This document shows, piece after piece, positions 9,618-19,317 of a stretch of 64,000 bases of DNA. The stretch comes from Sphingomonas sp. (lineage in GTDB: Bacteria > Pseudomonadota > Alphaproteobacteria > Sphingomonadales > Sphingomonadaceae): contig PAOI01000023.1 in the NCBI GenBank assembly GCA_002707985.1, positions 1,483-65,482 on the forward strand. The letters run 5' to 3'. The notes under the pieces are model-generated. The model was not told where the DNA came from. It did not search any database and worked only from the letters and a program-made list of their open reading frames with translations. Every line of letters starts with the position of its first letter. Positions within the stretch are counted from its first letter, which is position 1. The position numbers and the translations under genes were made by a program.

Positions 9618-10213
9618 GGTACGAGAAGCTGGATCGCAGGACGCTTTTGGCGATTGGCAGGGGACTGGCAGTGGCAGGAATATTCGGTGGCCTATTCGGG
9701 GGAAAGGCGGCGCGTGCGGCCGGCCAGACGCTTCCTTCCTACCCGCCGGGCCTGAGTGACGCGGAAATCGATGCGGTTTTCGAGCGCGCCCGCGCCGAAG
9801 CGGACCTGAAGACCGAGGCCAATATCGGGCTTTGGCATCAGGACGGCGCGCGCTGGGATGCCGATCTGGAAGCAGGGACGATCACCTTCACCAACACGCG
9901 CGGCTGGACGATCGTCGCTCCGGTTCAGGTGATCGGCACCCGCAACACTGCCGATGGCAGTTTCCTGTGGGGGTGGGACCATCCGTCGGTGCCCGAACCC
10001 CTCGCCGCCGATGCCCGGCGTGTCTTCGATTTCGGTCAGGCGCAGGGGCTGGAGGCGCTGACGACGCGCAAAATCGCAGCAGAGGAAGACGATGCCTGGG
10101 CCTTCACGGCGCTCGCACTACATCTGTCTGGTGCGAACGGACTGTATCGCGGACCCAGCGGCGGAACGCATGTCTACATGACGTTCGGCGAGGTTCAGAT
10201 ATCCCAATCCTGA
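9614..10213 (+). CDS. Hypothetical protein (DUF6882-like) with possible Tat signal
   Basis: WDADLEAGTITF...VQVIGT...FLWGWDHPS; DRRTLL N-terminus; TTG start overlaps the phhA stop. Confidence 0.65.
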   Translation: MRYEKLDRRTLLAIGRGLAVAGIFGGLFGGKAARAAGQTLPSYPPGLSDAEIDAVFERARAEADLKTEANIGLWHQDGARWDADLEAGTITFTNTRGWTIVAPVQVIGTRNTADGSFLWGWDHPSVPEPLAADARRVFDFGQAQGLEALTTRKIAAEEDDAWAFTALALHLSGANGLYRGPSGGTHVYMTFGEVQISQS

Positions 10214-10223
10214 CCCGGCGGCG

Positions 10224-11195
10224 TCACCAGCTTCCGAAACCCGGTGCCTCGCCAGAACCGCGGCTCAGCCGGCGAGTGCGCGGGGCGCCGTAGCGGGCGC
10301 GTTTGACGAAGCGCAGCGTCGGCCAGTCGCCGCGCGGCACGCGACCCGCCAGCCGCAACCCCTGCGCACGATAGGCGCGCGCGACCATTTCGACATGGCG
10401 TTCGAGCAGCCCGGCAACGATCAGCGTTCCCCCCTCGGCAAGTGCATCGGCAACGCTCGGCGCCAGCTCGACCAGCGGCCCGGCAAGGATGTTGGCGATG
10501 ATCAGATCATAAGGCGCGGATTCGATCAGCAACGGATGCTGCATCCCCGAAGCGACCGCGAGCGCCAGCTCGCCTGCGCCGCCACCGATCGCCACGCCGT
10601 TGATCGCCGCATTTTCGCGCGTCACTTCGATCGACGCCGGATCGATGTCGGACGCCGTGGCATGCGCCCGCGGCCAGAGGTGCAGCGCGGCAAAGGCGAG
10701 CAGCCCGGTGCCGGTGCCCAGATCGAGCAGATTGTCGAACCGCGCGCCGCGCCGCTTCAGCCGGTCGAGCGCGATCAGACAGCCGCTCGTCGTTTCATGC
10801 GTGCCGGTGCCGAAGGCGCGGCTCGCCTCGATCCGGATCGGGTGCGCGTCGGCAGGCACCTTGCCCTTGTTGCTTGTCGTGTGGACATAGAAACGCCCGG
10901 CATGGACCGGCTCCAGCCCTTCCTGACTGATCGTCACCCAGTCTTCCTCGACAATCTCCTCGATCACCGCTTTCGCCCGCACCGCGCTCGGCACCAGCGC
11001 GCGCAACGCGGCGAGCGCATATTTGTCGGGCTGCTCTTCGAAATAGGCGTCGAGTTGCCATTGCATCGGATCGTCCGCAACGCGCTCGCTTGTCATCAGC
11101 ACAGGCAACGGGTCGAGATCGACCGTGGCGATATCGTCGATCTGCAGCGCTTCGGCTTCGGCGCGCGTGCAGGGAAGGGTGATTTTCCAGCTCAT
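10224..11195 (-). CDS. prmA: Ribosomal protein L11 methyltransferase
   Basis: AFGTGTHETT, LDLGTGTG, IIANILAGPL. Start MSWKITL at 11195. Confidence 0.93.
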   Translation of the reverse strand: MSWKITLPCTRAEAEALQIDDIATVDLDPLPVLMTSERVADDPMQWQLDAYFEEQPDKYALAALRALVPSAVRAKAVIEEIVEEDWVTISQEGLEPVHAGRFYVHTTSNKGKVPADAHPIRIEASRAFGTGTHETTSGCLIALDRLKRRGARFDNLLDLGTGTGLLAFAALHLWPRAHATASDIDPASIEVTRENAAINGVAIGGGAGELALAVASGMQHPLLIESAPYDLIIANILAGPLVELAPSVADALAEGGTLIVAGLLERHVEMVARAYRAQGLRLAGRVPRGDWPTLRFVKRARYGAPRTRRLSRGSGEAPGFGSW

Positions 11196-12097
11196 TGATT
11201 CGTCTCTTTCCACAGCCGCGCGTTCAGGCGATCGCGCGCTGCCTCGGCATAGGTTCGGCATCCGGCCGGATCGACCAGCGGCGCCTTGCCCGCCAGCCGA
11301 TCCCGCAAATTGCTCGCGCCCGGATGCGGCGTGATCAGTATGTCGCAATCGAAATGCCCGATGCGATCGAGCGCGGCGCGGAAGGCGGCGACATAATCGG
11401 GATGGTCGGTGAAGCGATAATCGTCTGCCGAAATGGCGGTCAGACTGTCGACATAGGCCATGGCGCGGCAGGTGTCGCCTTCACAGCTTTGCCAGGTCCA
11501 GCTGGTCGATCCCGGCGTATGGCCGGGCGTGGCATGCGCGGTCAGCACCAGCGGGCCGAGCGTTACCGTCTCGCCATCGGCGACGATCTGATCGACCACG
11601 ACGCCGGGAAAGGGCGCGTTCACGCCCGCCTGTGGATCGCCCGCGCTGGCCAGCCCGGTTTCGAGGCCCGGTTTCGCTTCCGCCCGCGCGATCATCCGCG
11701 CGCCGGTCGCCGCCTTGAGCGCCGCCAGCCCGCCGACATGGTCGAGATGTTCATGGCTGCTCAGCAGGATGCGGACATCGGCGGGGTCGAGGCCCAGCTT
11801 GTGGATATTGGCGAGGATGCCCGGCGCCGCTTCACCGGTCGCGCCGTCGATCAGGATATGCCCGGCGTCCGATGCGATCAGCAGTACGGTGATGCCGCAG
11901 GTGCCGACATCATAGACATTGGCAAAGATATGCGCGGGCGGTGCCGCATCGCTCCACCCGTCCTTGCCTTCACAGGCGGCGAGCTTTGCTGCGGGAGGGG
12001 CTTCGGCAATCTGCAACGCGGCGGGCGCTGGCTCCGGTTTTACGCATCCGGCGAGCGCGGCGAGCGCCAGCGCCGCGGCGATACGGCTAGCGGACAT
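11192..12097 (-). CDS. bla: Subclass B3 metallo-beta-lactamase, lipoprotein
   Basis: SHEHLDH, GHTPG, LITPHP; lipobox LAGC. Confidence 0.88.
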   Translation of the reverse strand: MSASRIAAALALAALAGCVKPEPAPAALQIAEAPPAAKLAACEGKDGWSDAAPPAHIFANVYDVGTCGITVLLIASDAGHILIDGATGEAAPGILANIHKLGLDPADVRILLSSHEHLDHVGGLAALKAATGARMIARAEAKPGLETGLASAGDPQAGVNAPFPGVVVDQIVADGETVTLGPLVLTAHATPGHTPGSTSWTWQSCEGDTCRAMAYVDSLTAISADDYRFTDHPDYVAAFRAALDRIGHFDCDILITPHPGASNLRDRLAGKAPLVDPAGCRTYAEAARDRLNARLWKETNQ

Positions 12098-12788
12098 AGC
12101 TGGCGCCATTGGCGTCGATCACCGCGCCGGTCATCGATTCGGGCGCATCGAGCGCGCAGAATCTGGCGATGCGGGCGATCTCCTCGGGCATGGCGACCTT
12201 GCCCAGCGGAATATCCGCCAGCAATTTGTCGCCGCCGCGGCTTTCCAGATACTCCTCGGCCATTCCGGTCATGGTGAAACCGGGGCAGATGGCGAAAGCC
12301 AATATCCCTTCACGGGCATAGGCGCGGGCGATCGTCTTGGTCATCGCCACCATGCCCGCCTTCGACGCGGCATAATGCCAGTGGGCCGGGCTGTCGCCGC
12401 GATAGGCGGCGCGGCTGGCGATGTTGACGATGCGGCCGGGGCGGCCTTCGCTCTGCCAATGGCGCACGGCAAGGCGGCAGAGTTCGGCCGAGGCGGTCAG
12501 GTTGACGCGTATCGTTCGCTCCCACCCTTCGACCCATGCGTCATGATCGGTTTCGAGCGGCACGGGCTCGAATATCCCGGCATTGTTGATCAGCACATCG
12601 ATTCGCCCCTCGAGCGCCTCCAACGCGCGTTGCCAAAGCGACTGCGCAGCGCCTGGCTGCGAAAAATCGGCGGGAATGCCGCTATTGGTGCCGTGGCCGA
12701 CCAGTCGGTTGCCGCTTTCTTGCATCGCTTCGGCGATCGCCGCGCCGATGCCCCGGCTGCTGCCGGTCAACAGGATATGGGTACGCAT
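12087..12788 (-). CDS. SDR family oxidoreductase
   Basis: TGSSRGIG, NNAG, YAASK. Confidence 0.92.
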   Translation of the reverse strand: MRTHILLTGSSRGIGAAIAEAMQESGNRLVGHGTNSGIPADFSQPGAAQSLWQRALEALEGRIDVLINNAGIFEPVPLETDHDAWVEGWERTIRVNLTASAELCRLAVRHWQSEGRPGRIVNIASRAAYRGDSPAHWHYAASKAGMVAMTKTIARAYAREGILAFAICPGFTMTGMAEEYLESRGGDKLLADIPLGKVAMPEEIARIARFCALDAPESMTGAVIDANGASYVR

Positions 12789-12844
12789 CGCGCAGTGCAT
12801 AGCGCGGCCGGGCGCAAATCAGAACCGATGTCTTGCGTCGCGAT

Positions 12845-14209
12845 TCAGGGCGCGACCGATGCCGAGAATGTCTCTGCCGCTTCCTGCAGCCGATGCAGCC
12901 GTTCGTCGACATCGGTGACATCGCATTGCAGCGTGTCGATTTCGACGGTGATCGAATGCGTATCCTCACGGATGGCGACGATCGTGCCCGACATCGAATC
13001 GGCCGCCAGCGCGGTTTCGTCGACGGCGGCGGTGATCGCAGTCACGGTCTGCGCCTGAGCTTCCATTGCCGAACGGATGCGCGCGGCGCTTTCCTGCACT
13101 TCGCTGACCGTCGATCGGATCGATGCGTTGGTTTCGACGGTCGATGCCGTGGCCGACTGAATCGCCGCGATCTTGGCGGCGATATCGTCGGTGGCACGCG
13201 CGGTCTGGTTGGCGAGGCTCTTCACTTCCTGCGCCACCACGGCAAAGCCGCGACCGGCATCACCGGCGCGGGCGGCTTCGATCGTGGCGTTGAGCGCCAG
13301 CAAATTGGTCTGCCCGGCAATGTCGCGGATCAGGCCCAGGATCGATTCGATCGATTTGGCATGTTCGGACAGAAGCTCGGACATGCCGACCGCTTCGCCC
13401 GCCTGCGACGATGCGCGGGTGGCGATTTCGGCGGCGACCTCAACCTCGCCGCGCGCATCCTCGATCGCGCGGATCAGGCCGGCGGCGGTCTGTGCCGCTT
13501 CGCGCATCGCGACCGCGGATTGTTCGGCGGCGGCGGCGACTTCGCTCGCCTTGCCCAGCATCGAACGCGCCGATTGCGAGGCATTCTGCGCCTGCGCGCG
13601 CATGCGGTTGCCGCGATCGGTCGCGCCTTCGATCGATTCGGCGATGCCCGCGCGGAAAAGCTCGGCACCATGTCGCCGGATTTCGAGCTGTTCGGCCTGT
13701 TCGCATGCGGCAAGATATGACGTCATCAGATCCGCTTCGACCAGCGCCAGCCGCTGCACGACATCGCCAAGCCGCGCCATGCGATCGGCATCATCGGGAA
13801 TCTTGGCGGCGATCAGCGCCAGGGTGCGGCTATGGGCATGGGCGAAGGCGGCGAGCACCGCGACCACCGGAATGCCGCGACTGCGCACGGCGAGCACATG
13901 CCCGCACGCGATCTGCATCCATTCTTCGCCAAAGGGATCGGCATATTTGACGCGGGTATAATGGCTGGCGTTACCGATCAGATCGCGCAGCATCGTATCA
14001 TTGAGTACGGCACGCAGCGGCGCGACTGCGGGCAGCGAGATATAATGGTCCCAGAAGCTGCGGGCGATTGCCTCCCACTCGTCGCGCAGCAATTCGGCCA
14101 GCTCGGCACAACCGGGCGCAATCGCGTTATCCCAGTCATAGCCGCGCAGCCGCGCGGAAAACGCGCGGACAGTTTCTTCCGGCGCGGCTCGCGGGGAAAG
14201 GCTCGGCAT
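12845..14209 (-). CDS. Soluble methyl-accepting chemotaxis protein with globin-like N-terminal sensor
   Basis: [37 protein letters not shown]; no TM segments. Confidence 0.9.
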   Translation of the reverse strand: MPSLSPRAAPEETVRAFSARLRGYDWDNAIAPGCAELAELLRDEWEAIARSFWDHYISLPAVAPLRAVLNDTMLRDLIGNASHYTRVKYADPFGEEWMQIACGHVLAVRSRGIPVVAVLAAFAHAHSRTLALIAAKIPDDADRMARLGDVVQRLALVEADLMTSYLAACEQAEQLEIRRHGAELFRAGIAESIEGATDRGNRMRAQAQNASQSARSMLGKASEVAAAAEQSAVAMREAAQTAAGLIRAIEDARGEVEVAAEIATRASSQAGEAVGMSELLSEHAKSIESILGLIRDIAGQTNLLALNATIEAARAGDAGRGFAVVAQEVKSLANQTARATDDIAAKIAAIQSATASTVETNASIRSTVSEVQESAARIRSAMEAQAQTVTAITAAVDETALAADSMSGTIVAIREDTHSITVEIDTLQCDVTDVDERLHRLQEAAETFSASVAP

Positions 14210-14225
14210 CGCTACGCTCCTGTTG

Positions 14226-15593
14226 TCAGGCCGCGACCTTTCCGACGAAGTCGCTTGCCTTGTTCTTCAGGCTGCCGAGCTCGCTGTCGAGCGTCGCAAA
14301 ACCCATTCCCACCCGGTCGATTTCCGACGCCACGGCTTCGGTATCCTCGCGGATCGCGGCGATGGTTGCGGACATCGAGTCGGCGGCGAGCGCGGTTTCG
14401 TCGACGGCAGCGGTGATCGCAGTCACGGTCTGTGCCTGGACTTCCATTGCCGAACGGATGCGGTTCGCGCTGTCCTGAACCTCGCTGACGGTCGATCGGA
14501 TCGACGCGTTGGTTTCGACCGTAGAGGCCGTGGCCGACTGGATCGCCGCGATCTTGGCGGCGATATCGTCGGTGGCGCGCGCGGTCTGGTTGGCGAGGCT
14601 CTTCACTTCCTGCGCGACGACGGCAAAGCCGCGACCGGCATCGCCCGCGCGGGCCGCTTCGATCGTGGCATTGAGCGCCAGCAAATTGGTCTGCCCGGCA
14701 ATGTCTCTGATCAGGCCCAGAATCGATTCGATCGATTTGGCATGTTCGGACAGAAGCTCGGACATGCCGACCGCTTCGCCCGCCTGCGACGATGCCCGGG
14801 TGGCGATTTCGGCGGCGACCTCAACCTCGCCGCGCGCATCCTCGATCGCGCGGATCAGGCCGGCGGCGGTCTGCGCCGCTTCGCGCATCGCGACGGCGGA
14901 TTGCTCGGCGGCGGCGGCGACTTCGCTTGCCTTGCCCAGCATCCCGCGCGCCGACGCCGATGTAGTTTCGGCCTGGCTGCGCAGCGTGTCGCCTTCATGC
15001 GACGCGCGCTCGACCGTGCTGCCGATCGAATCGCGGAATTCGCCGGCCAGCTTGTCGCGCGCGATCGCGGCGCTGTGTTCGCGATACATGTTGTAGATTT
15101 CGACGGTGATATCGCCTTCCAGCGCCGACAGCCGCATCAGCGTGTCGATCAGCCGGGGCAGGCGCGTGTCGGTCGGCTCCAGCCGCCGGGTCAGCACTTC
15201 CAGCGCCGCGCGATCGCTGGCGTTGATCATCGACAACAGCGCCATCGGCTGCACCTTCGCCGCATAGGCAGAGGCGACCGAACGTTCGATCGATTCGATC
15301 CAGCCCATTTCCGAAGTGTTGAGGAACCGGTCCTTGAGGAAGGTGACCCCCAGGCCGATCATCTTTTCGGTTTCCTGCGGCGCCCAGTTGCGTTCGTTCG
15401 CAAAGCAGCGCTGCCACTGCAGCCAATAGGCCTCTGAAACTGCGCGGATTTCGGGTTCGAGCGTTTCCCAGGCTTCGCGCGCGGATGCGACCAGCGAGCC
15501 TTCGAAATCGAATATGTGCAGGCGCGATCCGACATCGATTCGGCGGCTCATCGTGCCTGGAGCGGGCAAGTCGCTGGAAAGCGTTTCGCTCAC
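14226..15593 (-). CDS. Soluble methyl-accepting chemotaxis protein (paralog of the adjacent gene)
   Basis: Same MCP hairpin-tip motif; GTG start; no TM segments. Confidence 0.9.
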   Translation of the reverse strand: MSETLSSDLPAPGTMSRRIDVGSRLHIFDFEGSLVASAREAWETLEPEIRAVSEAYWLQWQRCFANERNWAPQETEKMIGLGVTFLKDRFLNTSEMGWIESIERSVASAYAAKVQPMALLSMINASDRAALEVLTRRLEPTDTRLPRLIDTLMRLSALEGDITVEIYNMYREHSAAIARDKLAGEFRDSIGSTVERASHEGDTLRSQAETTSASARGMLGKASEVAAAAEQSAVAMREAAQTAAGLIRAIEDARGEVEVAAEIATRASSQAGEAVGMSELLSEHAKSIESILGLIRDIAGQTNLLALNATIEAARAGDAGRGFAVVAQEVKSLANQTARATDDIAAKIAAIQSATASTVETNASIRSTVSEVQDSANRIRSAMEVQAQTVTAITAAVDETALAADSMSATIAAIREDTEAVASEIDRVGMGFATLDSELGSLKNKASDFVGKVAA

Positions 15594-15663
15594 GTCGTCA
15601 CATCCTTATACTGCGCATGGCGGCCATCGGCCGGGATCAGCCAGCAGCTATTACCGAAACAGG

Positions 15664-15678
15664 TTAAAGGCAGGTTAG
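15664..15678. promoter_or_regulatory. Putative CtrA box upstream of the MCP pair
   Basis: TTAA-aggcagg-TTAG, one mismatch from TTAA-N7-TTAA, about 70 bp upstream of chemotaxis genes. Confidence 0.55.
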
Positions 15679-15795
15679 TTACGCAACCCGTTCCGATCGC
15701 GATTGCGCGCTTCCTGCGTGGAAGCGCGGATGCGGCTTGCATCCGCGCGCATGGCGTCTAATTAGGCCCGTCTACCGTTAGGGGGAGCCCGTTCC

Positions 15796-16218
15796 TTGGC
15801 CAATGTCAGCAAACCTGCGCGTCCGCTGTCGCCGCATCTGAGCATCTGGAAGTGGGGACCGTCGATGGCGGTCTCGATCATTCACCGCGCGACCGGCTCC
15901 GGCCTCGCCACTGTCGGCACGATCCTGTTCGTGTGGTGGCTCGTCGCTGCTGCCGGCGGTCCCGGCACCTATGCCGATTTCGTGGGCATGTTCACGCTCG
16001 AATCGGGCGGTCTCAATATCGTCGGCTGGGTGCTTGGCCTCGGCCTGACTTTCTGTGTGTTTCAGCACATGATGAGCGGCGTGCGGCACCTGTTCCTCGA
16101 TATGGGCGCCAATTTCGAACTCAAGTCGAACAAGATGACCGCCTATCTCACCTTCATCCTGTCGGTGGTGCTGACGCTGGGCTTCTGGGTCCTCATGCTG
16201 GAGAAGTGGAATGGGTGA
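15796..16218 (+). CDS. sdhC: Succinate dehydrogenase cytochrome b556 subunit
   Basis: RPLSPHL, SIIHRATG, HMMSGVRHL; TTG start after GGGGGAG. Confidence 0.95.
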   Translation: MANVSKPARPLSPHLSIWKWGPSMAVSIIHRATGSGLATVGTILFVWWLVAAAGGPGTYADFVGMFTLESGGLNIVGWVLGLGLTFCVFQHMMSGVRHLFLDMGANFELKSNKMTAYLTFILSVVLTLGFWVLMLEKWNG

Positions 16219-16597
16219 CGGAACCAGCATCGGCCGCGTGCGCGGCCTGGGTTCGGCGCATGAAGGCGCGCATCACTGGTGGCACCAGCGGCTGACGGCG
16301 GGATCGAACCTGCTGCTCGTCCTGTGGCTGATGGTGTCGCTGCTGCTGCTGCCCGATTACAGCTATGAAACCATCGCGATCTGGATGGCCTCGCCTTGGG
16401 TGGCGGTGCCGCTGATCCTGTTCGTCGTCAGCGTCTTCTATCACTTCCGCATGGGGCTCCAGGTGGTGATCGAGGATTATCAGCATGACGAATCGCGCAT
16501 CGTCCTGATCGTGCTGCTCAACTTCTTCACGATCGCCGCCGCAGCGCTGGCGATCTTCTCCATCCTCAAGATCGCCTTCACGGCGGGAGCGGCCTGA
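16211..16597 (+). CDS. sdhD: Succinate dehydrogenase membrane anchor
   Basis: [32 protein letters not shown]. Confidence 0.95.
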   Translation: MGDGTSIGRVRGLGSAHEGAHHWWHQRLTAGSNLLLVLWLMVSLLLLPDYSYETIAIWMASPWVAVPLILFVVSVFYHFRMGLQVVIEDYQHDESRIVLIVLLNFFTIAAAALAIFSILKIAFTAGAA

Positions 16598-18399
16598 TGG
16601 CGGACGCGTACAAGATCATCGACCACAGCTATGACGCCGTCGTGGTGGGCGCGGGCGGATCGGGCCTGCGCGCGACGATGGGCGCGGCCGAAGCGGGCCT
16701 CAAGACCGCGTGCATCACCAAGGGGTTCCCGACGCGCAGCCACACCGTCGCGGCACAGGGCGGGATCGCCGCCTCGCTGGGCAACAACACGCCCGATCAC
16801 TGGACCTGGCACATGTACGACACCGTCAAGGGGTCGGACTGGCTGGGCGATCAGGACGCGATCGAATATATGTGCCGCGAGGCGCCCGCCGCCGTGTACG
16901 AGCTCGAACATGCCGGCGTGCCGTTCAGCCGTAACGACAATGGCACCATCTATCAGCGCCCGTTCGGCGGCCATATGCAGAATATGGGCGAAGGCCCCCC
17001 CGTGCAGCGCACCTGCGCCGCCGCGGACCGCACCGGCCACGCCATGCTCCACGCGCTCTATCAGCAGAGCCTGAAGTACAGCGCCGACTTCTACATCGAA
17101 TATTTCGCGCTCGACCTGATCATGGAAGACGGCGCGTGCCGCGGCGTGATCGCGCTCTGCATGGAAGACGGATCGATCCATCGCTTCCGCAGCCATGCGG
17201 TGGTGCTGGCGACCGGCGGCTATGGCCGCGTCTATCAGTCGGCGACGTCGGCGCACACCTGCACCGGTGACGGCAATGCGATGGTGCTGCGCGCAGGGCT
17301 TCCGCTGCAGGACATGGAATTCGTCCAGTTCCACCCGACCGGCATTTACGGCGCGGGCGTTCTGATCACCGAAGGTGCACGCGGCGAAGGCGGTTACCTC
17401 ACCAATTCCGAAGGCGAGCGTTTCATGGAACGCTATGCCCCCTCGGCGAAGGATTTGGCGTCGCGCGACGTCGTGTCGCGTTCGATGGCGATGGAAATTC
17501 GCGAAGGGCGCGGTGTGGGCAAGAACAAGGACCACATCTACCTGCACCTCAACCATATCGACCCCAAGGTGCTGGCGGAGCGGCTGCCCGGCATCACCGA
17601 AACCGGCAAGATCTTTGCCGGGGTCGATCTGACGCGCGAAGCGCTGCCGGTGGTGCCGACGGTCCATTATAATATGGGCGGCATCCCGACCAATTATCAT
17701 GGCGAAGTCGTCCATCTGAAGGACGGCAATCCGGACGCGGTCGTCCCCGGCCTGTTCGCGGTCGGCGAAGCGGCCTGCGTGTCGGTGCATGGCGCCAACC
17801 GCCTCGGCTCCAACTCGCTGATCGATCTGGTCGTGTTCGGGCGCGCAACCGGCCTGCGCCTCAAGGAAACGGTGAAGCCGGGCACGCCGCACAATCCGCT
17901 ACCCAAGGATTCCGAAGCGCTCGCGCTCGGCCGCCTCGATCATTTCCGTAATGCCAAGGGCGGATCGCCGACGGCGGATATCCGCGCCGATATGCAGCGC
18001 ACGATGCAGGCGCATGCCGCCGTATTCCGCACGCAGGAGCTGATGGACGAAGGCATCGCGCATATGGACAAGGTCTATGCGCGGATGCAGGACGTAGATG
18101 TCACCGATCGTTCGCTGATCTGGAACACCGATCTGGTCGAAACGCTCGAGCTCGACAATCTGCTGGCGCAGGCGATGGTGACGATCCGTTCGGCGGCCAA
18201 TCGCAAGGAAAGCCGCGGCGCGCATGCGCATGAGGATTATCCCGAGCGCGACGACGCCAACTGGATGAAGCATACGCTGTCGGCATTCGAAGGCTGGGGC
18301 GGCAAGGGCGGCACGGTGTCGCTCGATTACCGCCCGGTCCATGATTTCACGCTGACCGACGACGTGAACTATATCGAACCCAAGAAGCGGGTTTACTGA
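16597..18399 (+). CDS. sdhA: Succinate dehydrogenase flavoprotein
   Basis: [27 protein letters not shown]. Confidence 0.98.
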   Translation: MADAYKIIDHSYDAVVVGAGGSGLRATMGAAEAGLKTACITKGFPTRSHTVAAQGGIAASLGNNTPDHWTWHMYDTVKGSDWLGDQDAIEYMCREAPAAVYELEHAGVPFSRNDNGTIYQRPFGGHMQNMGEGPPVQRTCAAADRTGHAMLHALYQQSLKYSADFYIEYFALDLIMEDGACRGVIALCMEDGSIHRFRSHAVVLATGGYGRVYQSATSAHTCTGDGNAMVLRAGLPLQDMEFVQFHPTGIYGAGVLITEGARGEGGYLTNSEGERFMERYAPSAKDLASRDVVSRSMAMEIREGRGVGKNKDHIYLHLNHIDPKVLAERLPGITETGKIFAGVDLTREALPVVPTVHYNMGGIPTNYHGEVVHLKDGNPDAVVPGLFAVGEAACVSVHGANRLGSNSLIDLVVFGRATGLRLKETVKPGTPHNPLPKDSEALALGRLDHFRNAKGGSPTADIRADMQRTMQAHAAVFRTQELMDEGIAHMDKVYARMQDVDVTDRSLIWNTDLVETLELDNLLAQAMVTIRSAANRKESRGAHAHEDYPERDDANWMKHTLSAFEGWGGKGGTVSLDYRPVHDFTLTDDVNYIEPKKRVY

Positions 18400-18405
18400 T
18401 TGGCC

Positions 18406-18451
18406 TGCCCTTCTCCGTGGGCGTCTGTTTGCGGAGAAGGGCAAGCGTTTT
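18406..18451 (+). terminator. Stem-loop after sdhA (probable terminator, possibly bidirectional)
   Basis: TGCCCTTCTCCG...CGGAGAAGGGCA 12-bp stem followed by agcgtttt. Confidence 0.6.
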
Positions 18452-18495
18452 CACCAGAACCGCGCCGCCTCTTAGCTGGCGATCGATCCGTCGCT

Positions 18496-18795
18496 TCAGT
18501 CATCCAGGCTGTCTGACTTCGCATCCATGCGCTGATGCAGGATGCGGATCACATCGACCAGATCGCCCTCCACCCGGTAGTAGATCAAATGGCTGCCGCT
18601 GCGCGCTTTTCGAAATCCCGGCGCGATCTCGGGGCAGCGTGCATGCCGTAGAGCAGTTTCGGAGAGCGATTCGGTCTTGCAACGAATTGCGTCGATATAA
18701 GCGCGAGCTTGTTCTGCTCCCCACTGCGCGATCGTATAGTCGGCAATCGATTCGATATCCCGTTTGGCCGCGGGTCTCAGTCGGACTTCACGCAT
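18496..18795 (-). CDS. parE: Type II toxin, RelE/ParE family
   Basis: RPAAKRDIESIADYTIAQWGAEQARAY...SHLIYYR...IRILHQRMD. Confidence 0.9.
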   Translation of the reverse strand: MREVRLRPAAKRDIESIADYTIAQWGAEQARAYIDAIRCKTESLSETALRHARCPEIAPGFRKARSGSHLIYYRVEGDLVDVIRILHQRMDAKSDSLDD

Positions 18796-19036
18796 CCCTT
18801 TCTGCGGGGAATTTTCGGTCCATAAAGCCATCCCAGTCGAAAGATTCAGCCGGTCCGCTGTCCAGTCCCTCCTGAATGGCGGCGCGCAACGCGTTCAGCT
18901 TCTCTTCCTCATGCTCGAGCAAGCGAAGTCCTGCACGCACGACTTCGCTGATCGAACCGTATCGGCCCGACCGTACCTGTTCGTTGGCAAACGCCACGAA
19001 ATGGTCGCTGAGCGAAACTGAAGTGTTGCTGGCCAT
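18788..19036 (-). CDS. parD: Type II antitoxin, ParD (ribbon-helix-helix)
   Basis: NTSVSL...SGRYGSISEVVRAGLRLLE...LRAAIQEGLDSG; overlaps the toxin start. Confidence 0.92.
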   Translation of the reverse strand: MASNTSVSLSDHFVAFANEQVRSGRYGSISEVVRAGLRLLEHEEEKLNALRAAIQEGLDSGPAESFDWDGFMDRKFPAERDA

Positions 19037-19046
19037 GGCGCCGGAT

Positions 19047-19061
19047 TACCAAATTTTGGTA
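19047..19061. promoter_or_regulatory. Putative ParD autorepression operator
   Basis: Perfect inverted repeat TACCAAA-T-TTTGGTA 10 bp upstream of the parD start. Confidence 0.65.
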
Positions 19062-19317
19062 GTGCCGGCAATCTCATCGGGAATAGCGCTGTCCTACATT
19101 GCCCAAATCTGTCACGCCCTCTCGCGCTATCGTTAGCCTCGGGGTTTCTCGCGCTCGCCCGTGCGCGCGTTACGGTGCGAACCGGTGCGAACTTTGCACG
19201 GATTTGCGCGGTTTTTCCTGGCTGACCCAAATCGGGCCCGGCGGCTCGCAGGCCGCTTGACTCGCTGCGCGGCAGCGCGAGACTGTTGGCACGTTTGCGA
19301 TCCGGGGGAAGATCGGC

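Noticed and set aside
19287-19301. TGGCACG as a sigma-54 promoter before the C13 peptidase
   Set aside because: The -12 TTGC is not at the required spacing.
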